From assembly GCA_000091205.1 (NCBI GenBank), contig AP006483.2: DNA of 64,000 nucleotides; one strand, written 5' to 3'. The DNA comes from Cyanidioschyzon merolae. Its lineage: Eukaryota. Below are positions 1-10,744 of this stretch, piece after piece. Positions within the stretch are counted from its first letter, which is position 1; each line of letters begins with the position of its first letter. A model generated the notes under the pieces. That model was not told the origin of the DNA and made no database searches. It worked only from the letters and a program-made list of their open reading frames with translations. The position numbers were made by a program, and so were the translations under genes.

Positions 1-1009
1 ATAAGTCGTCACACGCGTTGTCTCGTTGCATCGCCGGCAGCAGGGGACGCATCCAAACGACCACGAAGCCGTGTGCGCGAGTCGGTTACGGATGCAGACT
101 CCTGTGCAGTGATGTTTCGGGATTCATCAGCAGAAGCATAGTGTGCACTGGTCAGGAGCAGACCCCAGACGTGCCCTGTGCATAGCAGCGTTTCGCGTGG
201 ACAGAGAGCAAGTACGTGTTGTGCACGGGTCTGTGCGAGAAGCGAGACGTGCACGATGGATGAACAGGAGCAACACGTTCGGGTTGCACTGACGGAGCCA
301 ACGGTCGGGTACTCCTGGTTTCCAATTCCTGCAAACGTATCGAGGAGTGCAACGCTCACGTTGACCATTGACCTATGCAAACGTGTTGCATTCTACGCGC
401 TTTTGCTGGATCCCGCATGATACACGTCTCTGGGTGGTGGCACCAGCAGGAAACCGCTCACGAACGGACATGTGTCGCTGTATGAAACGCTTGAAGAGGC
501 CGCACGCGACGTCATGTTCAAATGACGCAAAACGAATGCTGCAGACCTGACGGATACGTGCACGACGTTCGCAGCCTCCAGGATGGTGCTGGAAGCTGAG
601 CGCTCTGGTGATGCGTTTTCCTGGGAAAAGCTGCCTCGAGTATCCATTTCCCTGAGATCCCGTTACCAAGGAATTCTCATTCCGCATCACATAAGAAACG
701 CTAGTGTCATCGAGAAACATGCTTCCGCATTCCCGGTGAGCGTTCCACCAGCTCGCGAGAACACAACTTTACAGCATCTGCTTCGCTCAATGCCTGTCAC
801 TGGAGTACACCTCTACCCGAACGAACCGGTTTTTGAGCACCCGTGCATTCTACTACGCAGTTTTCGTCGTGTTTTTCGCCCAATGCACCTTGCGGGTTTC
901 TGTCTCGTACGCGATGCTTACGCAACGAGTTCGCGCCGCATGCGATAGCGAAAAACCAGCGTCCACGACCAAGCTCGAAATCCTTTACATTTCCTAGATA
1001 CCAGAACTG

Positions 1010-3052
1010 CTATTCCCGAATCAAACGCTTGTTTGGGTCGAAACAAACCCGCAGTGGATGCGCACCCAATAAACCAGCAAAGCTGAAGCGTTGCTCTGTC
1101 GCTGCTGCACAGAGGCCGGTAACACGTCGCCCGTGTCGAAGTCGTCGCCAGGTTTCGCGCAGGTGCCAGGGCTCCAAACATCGGGTGCTGTGCTTCGCGA
1201 AACCTCGCCAAAATACACGTCCCGGAGCCACGGTAAGCTCGAAGAGCTCCAACTCACGACGCAGCGCCTCGTATTCTCGTGTCTCCAGGGGCAGCACAAT
1301 AGCAGTGGCGATACCGTTGCCGAGTGCTGCCAAAATATGACGCGCTGGACGCCAACAGACAGCTCTAGCGTCACCACGTTCGTGTGCAATTTCATCATAG
1401 TGCCGAAAGAGGAGTGCGGCTTGCGTCAGTAGGCCGGTAAGCTCCCACGCGACGTGACCCAAGGCGTGCAAACCATCCTCGGTGACAATGACGCCCTCCT
1501 CTGGAGTCAAATGTAACCAGTCGCGGAAGAGGACGGCTCGTGTAACGCCCTGATGTGCACGCGACTCCCCGTACGTATACCGCACGTTTCGACACGCCAC
1601 AAAGTCTGCGTATTGATGTCGAGGCAGGCACTGTTTGAGAATAAAATCAGCTCGAAAAATGATCATGAATACTGGGTTTTCAGAGGAAGGCTTGCCCGAA
1701 CTCGACTCCGTACGCGTCTCGGACTGGACCTCGATCCAGGTCTCGTTATCGAGTCGGAGGCGTTTGCGTTTCGCTCCTGCTGCTGCTCCTGCTGCTGCAT
1801 TGGCTTCACGTTCACCGGTGTCCGGGCTCGGTTTCTGTGTTGAGGTCCGTTGCGCATGCGGCTCGGATGCTGCTTCCAGCTTCATGGTATCCGCTGCTTT
1901 CGCTCGTATCTGCGGAACGCTACGATGCATAGTTACGAGCGCCGGTTCCGCATCTGGAGTAGTTGCGTACTCGTGAGCCTGCGTAGAGCCTGGATATCCA
2001 CCAGGCTCGCGATGATTGGCGTGATCAGCGTCAGGGAGCGCTTCCGACGGACCGTCAACACCCGACGATTCATCCGCAACGCTCGTATCCAGTTGCAAAT
2101 CGTCTCTGGGGCCTTGGGAGAGGCGCTTCTCCTCAAGCGGTCTAGCCTCACCAGGTGCTGCACTCGTCTTTGTCGGACTTTGCCGGGCGCTGGCTCGCTG
2201 CAGTCGCTGCTCATGACCACCGGTGTCGTTCGAACGTGTTTCGTGTACGTAGTTGCCAGCGTTTTCCCCAACGGAAACGTCTGGTGCGGGCGTTACCACT
2301 CGATTTGTCCCCAGTACCGGTGTTTTCGGTTCTTCCACGTGCTGGCCCAAAGCTTGCGCTTCCACTGCTAAAGTCGCAGAGGCTGGCGTTCGTGATGCGA
2401 CCTCTGGTATTCGCTGAGCTTCCGCTGCTGGTTTCCTTCCCGACGTGGCATTGCCTGGGCCAGTCTTCTGAGCGTTTTGGGATCCAATTACGGCGCTCGC
2501 ATATCCGACGAGTTTGGCACTTGCCGTTTGCTCTACCATGCGGACAAGCCAGGAGCAGTGTGCCCCGCCTCCGGAGTGCGAGTCAGCGTCGTGGTCCGCA
2601 AAAGACGGAAGCGTCATTTCGGTTTCCTGCAAGAACGCCTCCAGTTCCGCCGCGGCCTCGCGGACCGGTCCCTTTGCCTGTTGTTTGGCCATGATTTCGA
2701 CGAGCTTACATAGCCTACGTAGCGCTCGCTGGTCGTGACAGAAGCGTCTTGCCACAGCTGCTGCTGTGATGCGGCCGTCGGGCTCTCGGGCCGCCACCTC
2801 CAGTGCAAAGAGCCGCACACCGTCCCGAACCATATCTTCCATGAGTTCCAGCACGTCGCGGGCACAGTACCGGACTTCCCCAAAGGCGTGCATAAGGCAC
2901 TGGATCTCGTGGCCAAACTTTCGACGTCTGACGAGCGTCTCCGGTGGGCCGTACGCAGCGGCCTCGAGGCTTCCCTCGGCACTCGCGATCATCAGCGCTT
3001 TGCCGGGAACCACTGCCGCCAGCGAAACCCCTTGGTCGTCGTACCCGTCCAA
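1010..3052 (-). CDS. Spt3/TAF13-family histone-fold protein (SAGA Spt3-like), 680 aa, two histone-fold-like ends separated by a long low-complexity linker
   Basis: A single uninterrupted 680-aa ORF. The N-terminal segment RRRKFGHEIQCLMHAFGEVRY..VLELMEDMV matches the TAF13/Spt3 histone-fold signature (K-x-F-x-x-E-I-Q-x-M-M-x-x-F-G-D). The C-terminal segment LFRDWLHLTPEEG..HALGHVAWELTGLLTQAALLFR resembles the second (TAF11-like) fold of Spt3. The middle ~350 aa is S/P/A/T-rich and looks disordered. Confidence 0.5.
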   Translation of the reverse strand: MDGYDDQGVSLAAVVPGKALMIASAEGSLEAAAYGPPETLVRRRKFGHEIQCLMHAFGEVRYCARDVLELMEDMVRDGVRLFALEVAAREPDGRITAAAVARRFCHDQRALRRLCKLVEIMAKQQAKGPVREAAAELEAFLQETEMTLPSFADHDADSHSGGGAHCSWLVRMVEQTASAKLVGYASAVIGSQNAQKTGPGNATSGRKPAAEAQRIPEVASRTPASATLAVEAQALGQHVEEPKTPVLGTNRVVTPAPDVSVGENAGNYVHETRSNDTGGHEQRLQRASARQSPTKTSAAPGEARPLEEKRLSQGPRDDLQLDTSVADESSGVDGPSEALPDADHANHREPGGYPGSTQAHEYATTPDAEPALVTMHRSVPQIRAKAADTMKLEAASEPHAQRTSTQKPSPDTGEREANAAAGAAAGAKRKRLRLDNETWIEVQSETRTESSSGKPSSENPVFMIIFRADFILKQCLPRHQYADFVACRNVRYTYGESRAHQGVTRAVLFRDWLHLTPEEGVIVTEDGLHALGHVAWELTGLLTQAALLFRHYDEIAHERGDARAVCWRPARHILAALGNGIATAIVLPLETREYEALRRELELFELTVAPGRVFWRGFAKHSTRCLEPWHLRETWRRLRHGRRVTGLCAAATEQRFSFAGLLGAHPLRVCFDPNKRLIRE

Positions 3053-3639
3053 CTAGTTGCAGAGGCCCCGTAGAGCAAGAGCACGCTCCTCGAACAGGTG
3101 AGGCAACAAAGGCTAGCTGCTGGTCGCAGCACACGACCCGGGCGTCCAGACAAGTCGCAGCGGAACTCGCTTCTAGTCCGATGGACGCTGTCGGAGATAT
3201 GGGTGCAGCGCAGCGGCGCCTCCTCGCTGTTTTGGCACCAAAGCGTTGCTTTCTGGATCTAGAGAAATCATGTGAAGACAACTTCGGGGTGCATGGCGAG
3301 TGTGTCTATGCATACGCCCGTGTCAGATGAATGTGGAGAAAATAAACTGCTCGCTCTGTTCCTGCCGCGGGATTCGTTTTCGAACACGCTTTTATGTATG
3401 GCGTTGTGAGTCGAAGTGCTGCAATACACGTTCACAGGTTCTTCGGTAGTTTTAGAATGCCAGGTCGTATTTTCCGAGTGGATCCTTGGACGCTTTTCCG
3501 CGGATATTTTTTTACCGTACCTGAATCAGCATAAACCTCGAGGCTCCCGATCAGGGGTTCTTTTATACTACCCGATAGCACCATCGAATTCAGATGTAGA
3601 TGCAAGCTTTCACGCTTCTCTTTTGCTGATATATGGCGT

Positions 3640-4215
3640 GCTCAAATCACATATGCTTCAAGTTTTCGATCTTTCCGGGTCAAGACAACGTGTGGGCCGA
3701 GCGATTTGCACTGTTGGATTGACGAGGAGCAAAACTCGGCATCGTCCTCTGAAGACTTGTTCGCCCACTCATGCGAAATGTCCACGGAACATCTCGCGTT
3801 CCGTAATCGATTTCGTTCAGCAGACAACGCTCCTATCGTTAGCGCTATAGGCTGAACGACTTTCCATAGTAGCATCGTTTGACTGACGGAATATTTGCTC
3901 CAAGAGGATCCCCTTCTCTTCTCTTTGCATGGGAATGCTTCTTGGATTCGGACCGAAGTTATCGCAGCGATTATTTCCGATAGACTGAGCTTCACCGCTT
4001 GGACGTATGGAGCGCTGACGACTCGAGAGATTCCTCAAATGGTTCTCCTGCCTTAACTTTCCCTCCGGTTCTTGTTTCACCAGGGACAAGATGGCGTTCC
4101 ACAATTCCCCAATTGGAATGGACAGCTCGCGCTTGCACGTACATCGGAAAGGGTACGCGCCCCGGGGAAGCAAACATCAGAAACTCGTCATCATCTTGCA
4201 TAGCACTGGGCACAG
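3640..4215 (-). mobile_element. Degenerate non-LTR (LINE-like) reverse-transcriptase fragment, family copy A
   Basis: Minus-strand frames give MPSAMQDDDEFLMF, a FADD/YxDD-like box, followed after a frameshift by WNAILSLVKQEPEGK and SLSEIIAAITSVRIQEAFPCKEK, which look like RT thumb-region segments. The DNA is homologous to 9540-9880 and to 57760-57960 (for example ccctccggttcttgtttcaccagggacaagatggcgttccacaattcc against ccatccggtacttgtttcatgatagacaagatcgcgtttcgacaaatcc). The reading is frame-shifted, so this is not an intact gene. Confidence 0.4.
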
Positions 4216-4649
4216 GAAAACCCGAGGGTATCGAGGCGAGTCCTCTGTGCCCGTCAAGGGCATGGAACTACCAAAAAAGCATGTTTTCACGCGTCATGGA
4301 GCGGCCTGCGGAGGAGCGAATCTTCTGGACTTATGGGCACAACTGACCTCTATCGTATGTCACAGCTGGAAAGGCGCACAGAGACCGTATCCAAAGATAA
4401 TGCACATGGCAAACGAAGCATGTATCGCAATATACGTCTGTGCATGAAATGCATGAACCGCAGCCGGGAGCAGTGATGTCGGGACGTTCGCTGCCATCAA
4501 CTTCCTGCGACTATCGATCAAGGATCTGAACGGAAACCTTCATCGGTCGTGCTCTTCCAGCCGGATCCAGGAGAGAATGGAAAGAAATCAGTCACAGGAA
4601 AGCCCGCAAATGTTGATGTTGATCACTCTGAGTAAAGACCCAAAGTTTC

Positions 4650-6120
4650 GCATGGACGCCCGAGTTACGGGGTTTCATTCATTTTTTCTTTTTATGTTCA
4701 GTGGAACGATAAACGTGTCACGACCAGAGAGTATATAGATACATGCGCACGCGCAGACGCCTTCCAGTCTTTTTGACGTGCGGTCTGCTATCGGTTTCAG
4801 CTTCGCCTTGTCCAATTCGAGTATGAGAGGGTTCCCCACAAAGTTGGATTGCGTCGGCTCCACGGGTCTCATCTTTAACACCGCACATCGCCCGGTTTTG
4901 AAAGCGGCGTTGAAGTCTGGGTGGACAAAGTCAGTGCGTTTATTGCCAGTGGTAGAACTCAGCGTTGCAGGCATTGCTACAACTCGCTCCCTCTTTGCCA
5001 TTTGGTGCCCCGTCAGCTCTCCATCATCTGCTATCGTCCAGGCGCTCCGCTGGCATTTCTCCATATAGACCTTCGGCATTGTATACCGCAGCCCATCCCT
5101 TGGTTTCTCTATTTCTTCAAATGAACGCACTTCTTTATGCCTTTAGGTGAGGACCTGCTTGGAGCGAGAGGGACTTGCGGAAGAAAGACGACATGAGCCC
5201 TGCTATGTCATCCTGTGCTGAACGCTTCAGTGATTCTCTCAGTGGAGCGATCCTCACGTTTCACGATAGAAAATACTTTTTCGATGGGGTTCAACCACAG
5301 AAAGTACAAAGGAATGAAAAGCGGCTGTTCTACCCAATAGAATTGGCAGAAAGCTCGACCGCACCGGGAATAGTGAAATGCCACGTTGTTTGTCAGAAGG
5401 ACATTGTCTGACGTCAAGGCAATAGTCTTCAATGATTCGACAAAGTGGTTGATGCTGTTGCTTGAGCCTCGTCTACCAGCGAAGCTGAGACAGCCAAGAG
5501 AATCCATTGCAACTAGAACGCATGGTACTGTCGTCGCTCTCATCGAGTTCGATCATACGTAGAACGGGCTCTCTTCGTCTCGGATACCAGTAAACGCTCC
5601 GACCGTTTGTTCCGATGAAACGCTCATCAAATGAAAAAAAAACAAACTGACGGCCCTGCGCTGTATACCGATCGCTGCGGCCTAGGAATGCCGGATTTGT
5701 CATTTCGGTGCGAGATGACCGTCTGTGAACTAGTGCATTTCACGCGATTTTATTCCATTGTCTTCAGAGCTACCCGAGCCAGCAGCATAGAGGAATAGAC
5801 GCCCGTGGTGACTAGAATCATCGCATTCGCTGTCTTTATGGTCATCAAAGCGCCGCTTTCCACCGTTGACCGCAAGCAGTCTCCGAGAATATCGGTTATT
5901 GGCGCAGTGCGCATACCCCTCTTTCCGAACCGTGTTCCTCAACCATATGCGTACTGTGGTATGCCTTACCGGATTGAGTAACTCAGTCCTCCTTGCACTG
6001 CTCAATAAAGAATGTATATTCTGCAGGCAATTCGTCTACGATCCATCCGGTACATTGCATCGCGACAGCGATCGCCTGCTATTCACCGCAGCGGAGTTGA
6101 AACAACCTCTACCTGATAGG
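4650..6120 (-). mobile_element. ~1.5 kb composite dispersed repeat carrying a Tc1/mariner-superfamily DDE transposase pseudogene (copy 1)
   Basis: Minus-strand ORFs give FVFFSFDERFIGTNGRSVYWYPRR, matching the Tc1 first catalytic-D region (LFSDEKKF.L.GsDG..VWRR). They also give LLTNNVAFHYS...FIPLYFLWLNPIEKVFSIVKR, matching Tc1 FQQDNAPCHT...LPPYSPDLNPIEnlW. The second D is mutated to N and the reading frames are broken. The whole ~1.5 kb is co-linear at the DNA level with 42640-44210, including shared end motifs tatttcttcaa(a/c)tgaacg...tatgcctttaggtgagga on the left and cagtcctccttgcactg...gcagcggag(a/t)tgaaa on the right. Confidence 0.7.
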
Positions 6121-6412
6121 CGATCAGATGACCGTCCAGAGGATCATGCGTGTGGATCAAGCAGAGCGATATCCAATTAGTCCCTAAAAATACATTTATA
6201 TCCATATACGTTCAGAAACGCATATCGCCATCCCGCAGCACCGGCCTGTGCGCGTCTGCCGCCCGCCCACGGCGCATCGTCGGAGGCGGATCACGCGGCA
6301 GAGGAGCGCTCGCGCAAGCCGCACCGCGACAGCTCTAAAGGATACAGCGCACTGACGTTGCAGCGTTCGCCTGCCATCGACGATTTGCCAACTCATCGAG
6401 GACGCTGCTCGC

Positions 6413-8068
6413 ATGATTGCTTTCCTACCATCTTCACATGGATGCAGAACGTTTTCTAGCATCAGGTGGTCGAGGTCCGGTGCTCAGCGGCGAGTTCGAG
6501 CAGTCGTAACGTGTTCACGGGGGAGCGTCTCGCCAGCGCAGGCACCCGGAGAGCCCAGTCAAAACTCCGACGAGGCTGCGGTGCGGGACAGGGAGAGCGC
6601 GTGGCGCCCTGTTGCCTGCAGCTCCGGGCAGCTGGTCACGAACTGCAGCTCACTGGTGCCGGCGTGCACGGTTGGTGCGGCTGCCACTGAACTTGCGTTT
6701 CCAGGGGCCTTGACAGCTCCCGGAGCGCGACTTTCCCGCAGCACCCAGCGCCAAAACGGTTTCCGAACGGAACCTGCTTCCTGTTCAGAGCGTTCTATGG
6801 AGATCTCGTGCGCGGCGGGGCGGGCACCTGCCACGACGCCGCTCTCGTACCGACGTGCACAGCGTGCTACCTGCCGGGGCCGAGTCGGGCGTCCACAGGA
6901 AGCGCCAAACGCCAGCGTCTACGAGTTTCGCGCAGGACAAAGCGTCAAAACTGCTGAGCTCGCACCTTGTGACTCGGACGTTGTTGACCCAAAAATAACC
7001 ACTCTCGTAGATGCAGAGCACCGAACTGAACAGGCAGCGTTGAATGAGACGCATCCTCGACTTCGCCAGATACCGAGGCCAACACACTGCGTCCCGCGAC
7101 GTGCGTTTCTCTCAATAGCCATTGCACTGGGCGTTGCTAGTCTTGGGAAACCGCTCGCTTCTGTGGCAGCAGCCGCAGCCGCAGCAGCACCGGCGTCTTC
7201 GAGCGCAGAGCCCGCAACTACCCGGATCCCGGGCGATGTGCGCATCCTCTTCTCTCGAGCGCAACGCCTGGAAGATGAGGGCGAGTTTCAAGAGGCCCTC
7301 AAGATTTACGCTTCGGTCGTCGATCGCGAGCCAGGCCTCGTCTGGGCATATGCTAACCGCGCAAACCTTTACAGTCGCCTGGGGCAGTACGATCAGGCCC
7401 TCGCGGACTACACACAAGCGATTCGGTTGCTCTGCAAGACGGTATCTGGAAACGAATCAACCGGAGACGAGCGGCTGACGGACGCTGACGCCCCGTGTTT
7501 GGAGCGCGAGCTATGGGTCCTCTACCTGAATCGAGCTACGGTGTACCGAACGCTTCGCCGCCACCAGGAAGCGCTTCGCGATATGAATCGAGCTCTGAGC
7601 ATTCGTCCGTATGAGCCGCTGCTCCTTGTAAATCGTGCAATGGTCTATGTGGATCTGGCGAAATACGATGCTGCCCTGTTGGACTATCAACGCGCTGTGG
7701 AGCGACGACCGGGCGATGTGCAGCCCTTCTGGGTAGACTATGCGTTGACGCTCTTCCAACGCGGACGTGACACCGATGCCCTCGGCATCATGCGCAGAGT
7801 AGCGAGTAAGCCGAGTTTTGCCCAGTCCGATGAAGTGAAAGCAGCCTACGCAGTCCTTCTTTATGACCGAGGCATGCTCAGTGACGCAGAGGGTCTATGG
7901 GGTGCGTTGCAGCGCCCACGCCGATTTCAAGACGAAAACTTTCTTCGAAACGAGCGTCACTGGCCGCCTCGAGCCATTGAGGTTGCGCTGCGATATCATC
8001 CACAACGTGGCAGGCAGAAGACATCATCTTCCTCGGCGGCGACCAGCCTGGCCCCTTCTACCGATTAA
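6413..8068 (+). CDS. TPR-repeat protein (at least 3-4 tetratricopeptide repeats in the C-terminal ~300 aa); true start uncertain
   Basis: The C-terminal half contains canonical TPR consensus units: AYANRANLYSRLGQYDQALADYTQAIRL, LNRATVYRTLRRHQEALRDMNRALSIRP and LLVNRAMVYVDLAKYDAALLDYQRAVERRP. The N-terminal ~250 aa of the ORF is Arg/Ala/Ser-rich. It may be a presequence or disordered region, or may not be coding at all. Confidence 0.45.
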   Translation: MIAFLPSSHGCRTFSSIRWSRSGAQRRVRAVVTCSRGSVSPAQAPGEPSQNSDEAAVRDRESAWRPVACSSGQLVTNCSSLVPACTVGAAATELAFPGALTAPGARLSRSTQRQNGFRTEPASCSERSMEISCAAGRAPATTPLSYRRAQRATCRGRVGRPQEAPNASVYEFRAGQSVKTAELAPCDSDVVDPKITTLVDAEHRTEQAALNETHPRLRQIPRPTHCVPRRAFLSIAIALGVASLGKPLASVAAAAAAAAPASSSAEPATTRIPGDVRILFSRAQRLEDEGEFQEALKIYASVVDREPGLVWAYANRANLYSRLGQYDQALADYTQAIRLLCKTVSGNESTGDERLTDADAPCLERELWVLYLNRATVYRTLRRHQEALRDMNRALSIRPYEPLLLVNRAMVYVDLAKYDAALLDYQRAVERRPGDVQPFWVDYALTLFQRGRDTDALGIMRRVASKPSFAQSDEVKAAYAVLLYDRGMLSDAEGLWGALQRPRRFQDENFLRNERHWPPRAIEVALRYHPQRGRQKTSSSSAATSLAPSTD

Positions 8069-9424
8069 TACGTCCAACGTCCGTGAATCTGGAGATGGCG
8101 AAACACGGCATCCCACAGACCTGGAGTATAGGTCTTATCTGCCTATATGCCGCGTTTTTCTTCCGGATGATCTGCGTTCCTGGTGCACGCCAGGCGTGTC
8201 GTTGTACCTGGAGATGGACCGATCGGCTCTATTTATGCGGTGACGCATGCCCGTGCGTATCCATCCAGCTGACAAGCAAATAGAGCATGCACGCAAGCAC
8301 ACCCGCAAGTAGACAGGCAGGCGGGACAGCACCAGGACCTCGTGCGAGCGACGGCTGCGTTTGTCAGGATAACAACGCGTTGTCCTCGTTCGGGTCTGCG
8401 TGGCGCAGGTCTGGTTCCATAAAAAGCTCTCGACTAACCGCTCGTAACCACACACTTACCGGGCACAGTATCCTATGCTGTGCTTGTACGCGTCGGAGCA
8501 GCGCCAGACTTGCCTCCGCTGTACGACAACGACGAGTGCTTCTGCTCGCGAGCTGGAGCTCGACTCGCGCAGTTGCCCTTCCCAGGGTCCAGGTCGAACA
8601 GAAGTGGGCTATGGTGCCGCCTCTTGCACTTTCGGTGTGTCAGGCTCTCCTCCTGCTGTCTCGGAAACGGGATCAGTACCTAGCGTTTGGGCTCGCCCGT
8701 CCCGCACAGCCTCTCTCCGCCGCCGGATCTCGCGTTCGAGTCTCGCGTAGTGCTCACGTCGTGCAGCTAGCGTTTCGTTTATCCGCGGAACGAGCTCGTT
8801 TAGCCCTTGAAGCAGTACAAACGTACCAGCAACATAAATCGCGAACCGTACAAAGGACGGCATCTGTGTTCAGCACGACTCTGGAGAACGTCAGCTGCAG
8901 ACCCGGACTCGCGCATCACCTGTCGTCAAGGTTTAGCGGCTGGCAGCGGCTTCCGGCACGCGACACCCGTACCTGATCCTAGCGTGGGACGCTGAACTCC
9001 TCGAACTATCCTTTGCATGTGGACTTGTTTCCAGACTTTATTCATCGATGGTGAGCTGCCACATTCCAAGTACGGCAGTGTGTGTGCTTCCGGATTCAAC
9101 CGTCGTTTTCGGATCATCAGACGTCTTTTCCGAGTGGCTCTCTGTTGACGCTTCGCTGGTGCACTCTACGATGGCATCGGAATTGTGGTAGCTCGTGATG
9201 CCGTTGAAGCGGGACTCGTAAAATATCTGACAGCATGACCCGGTGCATATATACAAGCCGCCACGCTTCTCCGCTGGATACCCCTTGCATGCTCAAATCA
9301 CGCGTTCTTCGGATGGTCGATGTTTCCGTTTCCGGGCAACTCGTGAGTACTCTCCATTGCATCGCTCGGTATGATTTGAGCAAGTGCACACGACGGTGCC
9401 CGTGACGATTACCTCTTCACAAGT

Positions 9425-9885
9425 TCATACCAGAGGTTCACGGAACTTGTCACGTCGTGTAATCGAATCCGTTCGGGTGATGAATGCGCTTCTCTGTGTG
9501 GCCGTCAACGGAACGGCAGGCCACCGAGGCATGGGAACGCTCAGCGAATGCGCTGTAGAGGCTCGTGTTTCTTCGCTTTGCATGGGACAGGGTCTTGGAA
9601 TGCGACTTGAGTCATCGCAGCGATCGCTTTCAGTTGCGTATGGGTCGCAGCTTTGCACATAGCGAGCGTGGATAGATCGAAATTTCTCGACTTGAGCTGT
9701 AGCGTAGATTTTCCATCCGGTACTTGTTTCATGATAGACAAGATCGCGTTTCGACAAATCCTCTGTCGAGTGGAACAACGAGCTCTTACGTGTGCAGCGG
9801 ACACCGAATTCGCTGATGACATCGTCCAGAAGAAGCCGAGAATCGCTCGGTACGGCACCAGGAGAAGAAACGGAGGGCATCATCG
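9425..9885 (-). mobile_element. Degenerate LINE-like RT fragment, family copy B
   Basis: Minus-strand frames give SRLLLDDVISEFG, a FADD-like box, and RNAILSIMKQVPDGK / LKAIAAMTQVAFQDPVPCKAKKHEP. These parallel copy A (WNAILSLVKQEPEGK / SEIIAAITSVRIQEAFPCKEKRRG). The DNA is similar to 3850-4180 and 57780-57870. Confidence 0.4.
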
Positions 9886-10712
9886 AGGCAGGCCTGCTTT
9901 ATGCGTCAAGAGCATGTCGAGGCCAATGAGGGAAATGTTCATGCGCGCCACAGGATGGCCCTTCGACGAAGAGGCGTTGTGCTGGACATCTATGGAAACG
10001 CCTGATCACTGATCGATAACTCCGCTACAAGAAGCGCATCTTGGTCGTATACACACAAAATGAGAACGGCAAGCAAAGCGGGCATCGCGACTTCCATCTG
10101 TGCATGAACATCGAAGCAAACAGCCGAAAATAGTAAAGTCGGGAATCCTATGCTGCCACCAACATCCGTGTTTTGCTGACACCAGAGCTGGAAGGCTAGC
10201 AGAGAACTTCGTAATTTAAAACGTTGGTAAGATAGGGGTGCAGGCAGCAGAGGCAGAAAGACCCGCAATGGCTGGTGCTCGTGAGCATGCGTGAAGGAGT
10301 TTACTTTAGCAGGTATCAAGCCCCACCCCCTCGGGTAGCAGCCTAGACACGTCCTAGTTTATGTTGACATGAATGCACTGCGACACCTGCCCGCACCGCA
10401 ACGGTTGAGGTGCGTCCCTGTCATTCCTCATGCTTCGACTGTGAAACTGATTCACTCCCAACCACCGAGCAGTATCACATAACAGTAGACGTATCCGATG
10501 CCTTGGACACAGCACTTCTGACATGGGATGAGGAAAAGTTTGTGGGTGCAAGCGCTCGCGCTGGATCCCGTGACTGCGTCAGCGGCATAGACAGGGCACC
10601 CCGCTTCACCGAAGCCAGCGTTCGTTGGCACCAGATGAAGCGCATGTTCCGGGATCGTACAGTAGGATCGCCTGCGTATAAGGATGCTGTGCATGACGAA
10701 GGAATGATAACC

Positions 10713-10714
<2 letters not shown>

Positions 10715-10743
<29 letters not shown>
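10715..10743. repeat. (CAG)n microsatellite of ~9 units, read as poly-Gln by ORF 10410-10880
   Basis: Direct read: gcagcagcagcagcagcagcagcagcagc. Confidence 0.9.

Positions 10744-10744
<1 letters not shown>

Noticed and set aside
6413-7150. N-terminal half of the TPR ORF as a bona fide domain
   Set aside because: The translation is Arg/Ala/Ser/Pro-rich and lacks TPR periodicity. It is kept within the CDS only because no alternative in-frame Met lies close to the TPR block. It could be a presequence or simply 5' UTR read-through.
8609-8863. 84-aa ORF with one predicted transmembrane helix (FAIYVAGTFVLLQGLNELV) just downstream of the TPR gene
   Set aside because: Too short, with no homology I can recognise. 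It could be a real tail-anchored mini-protein but cannot be supported from sequence alone.
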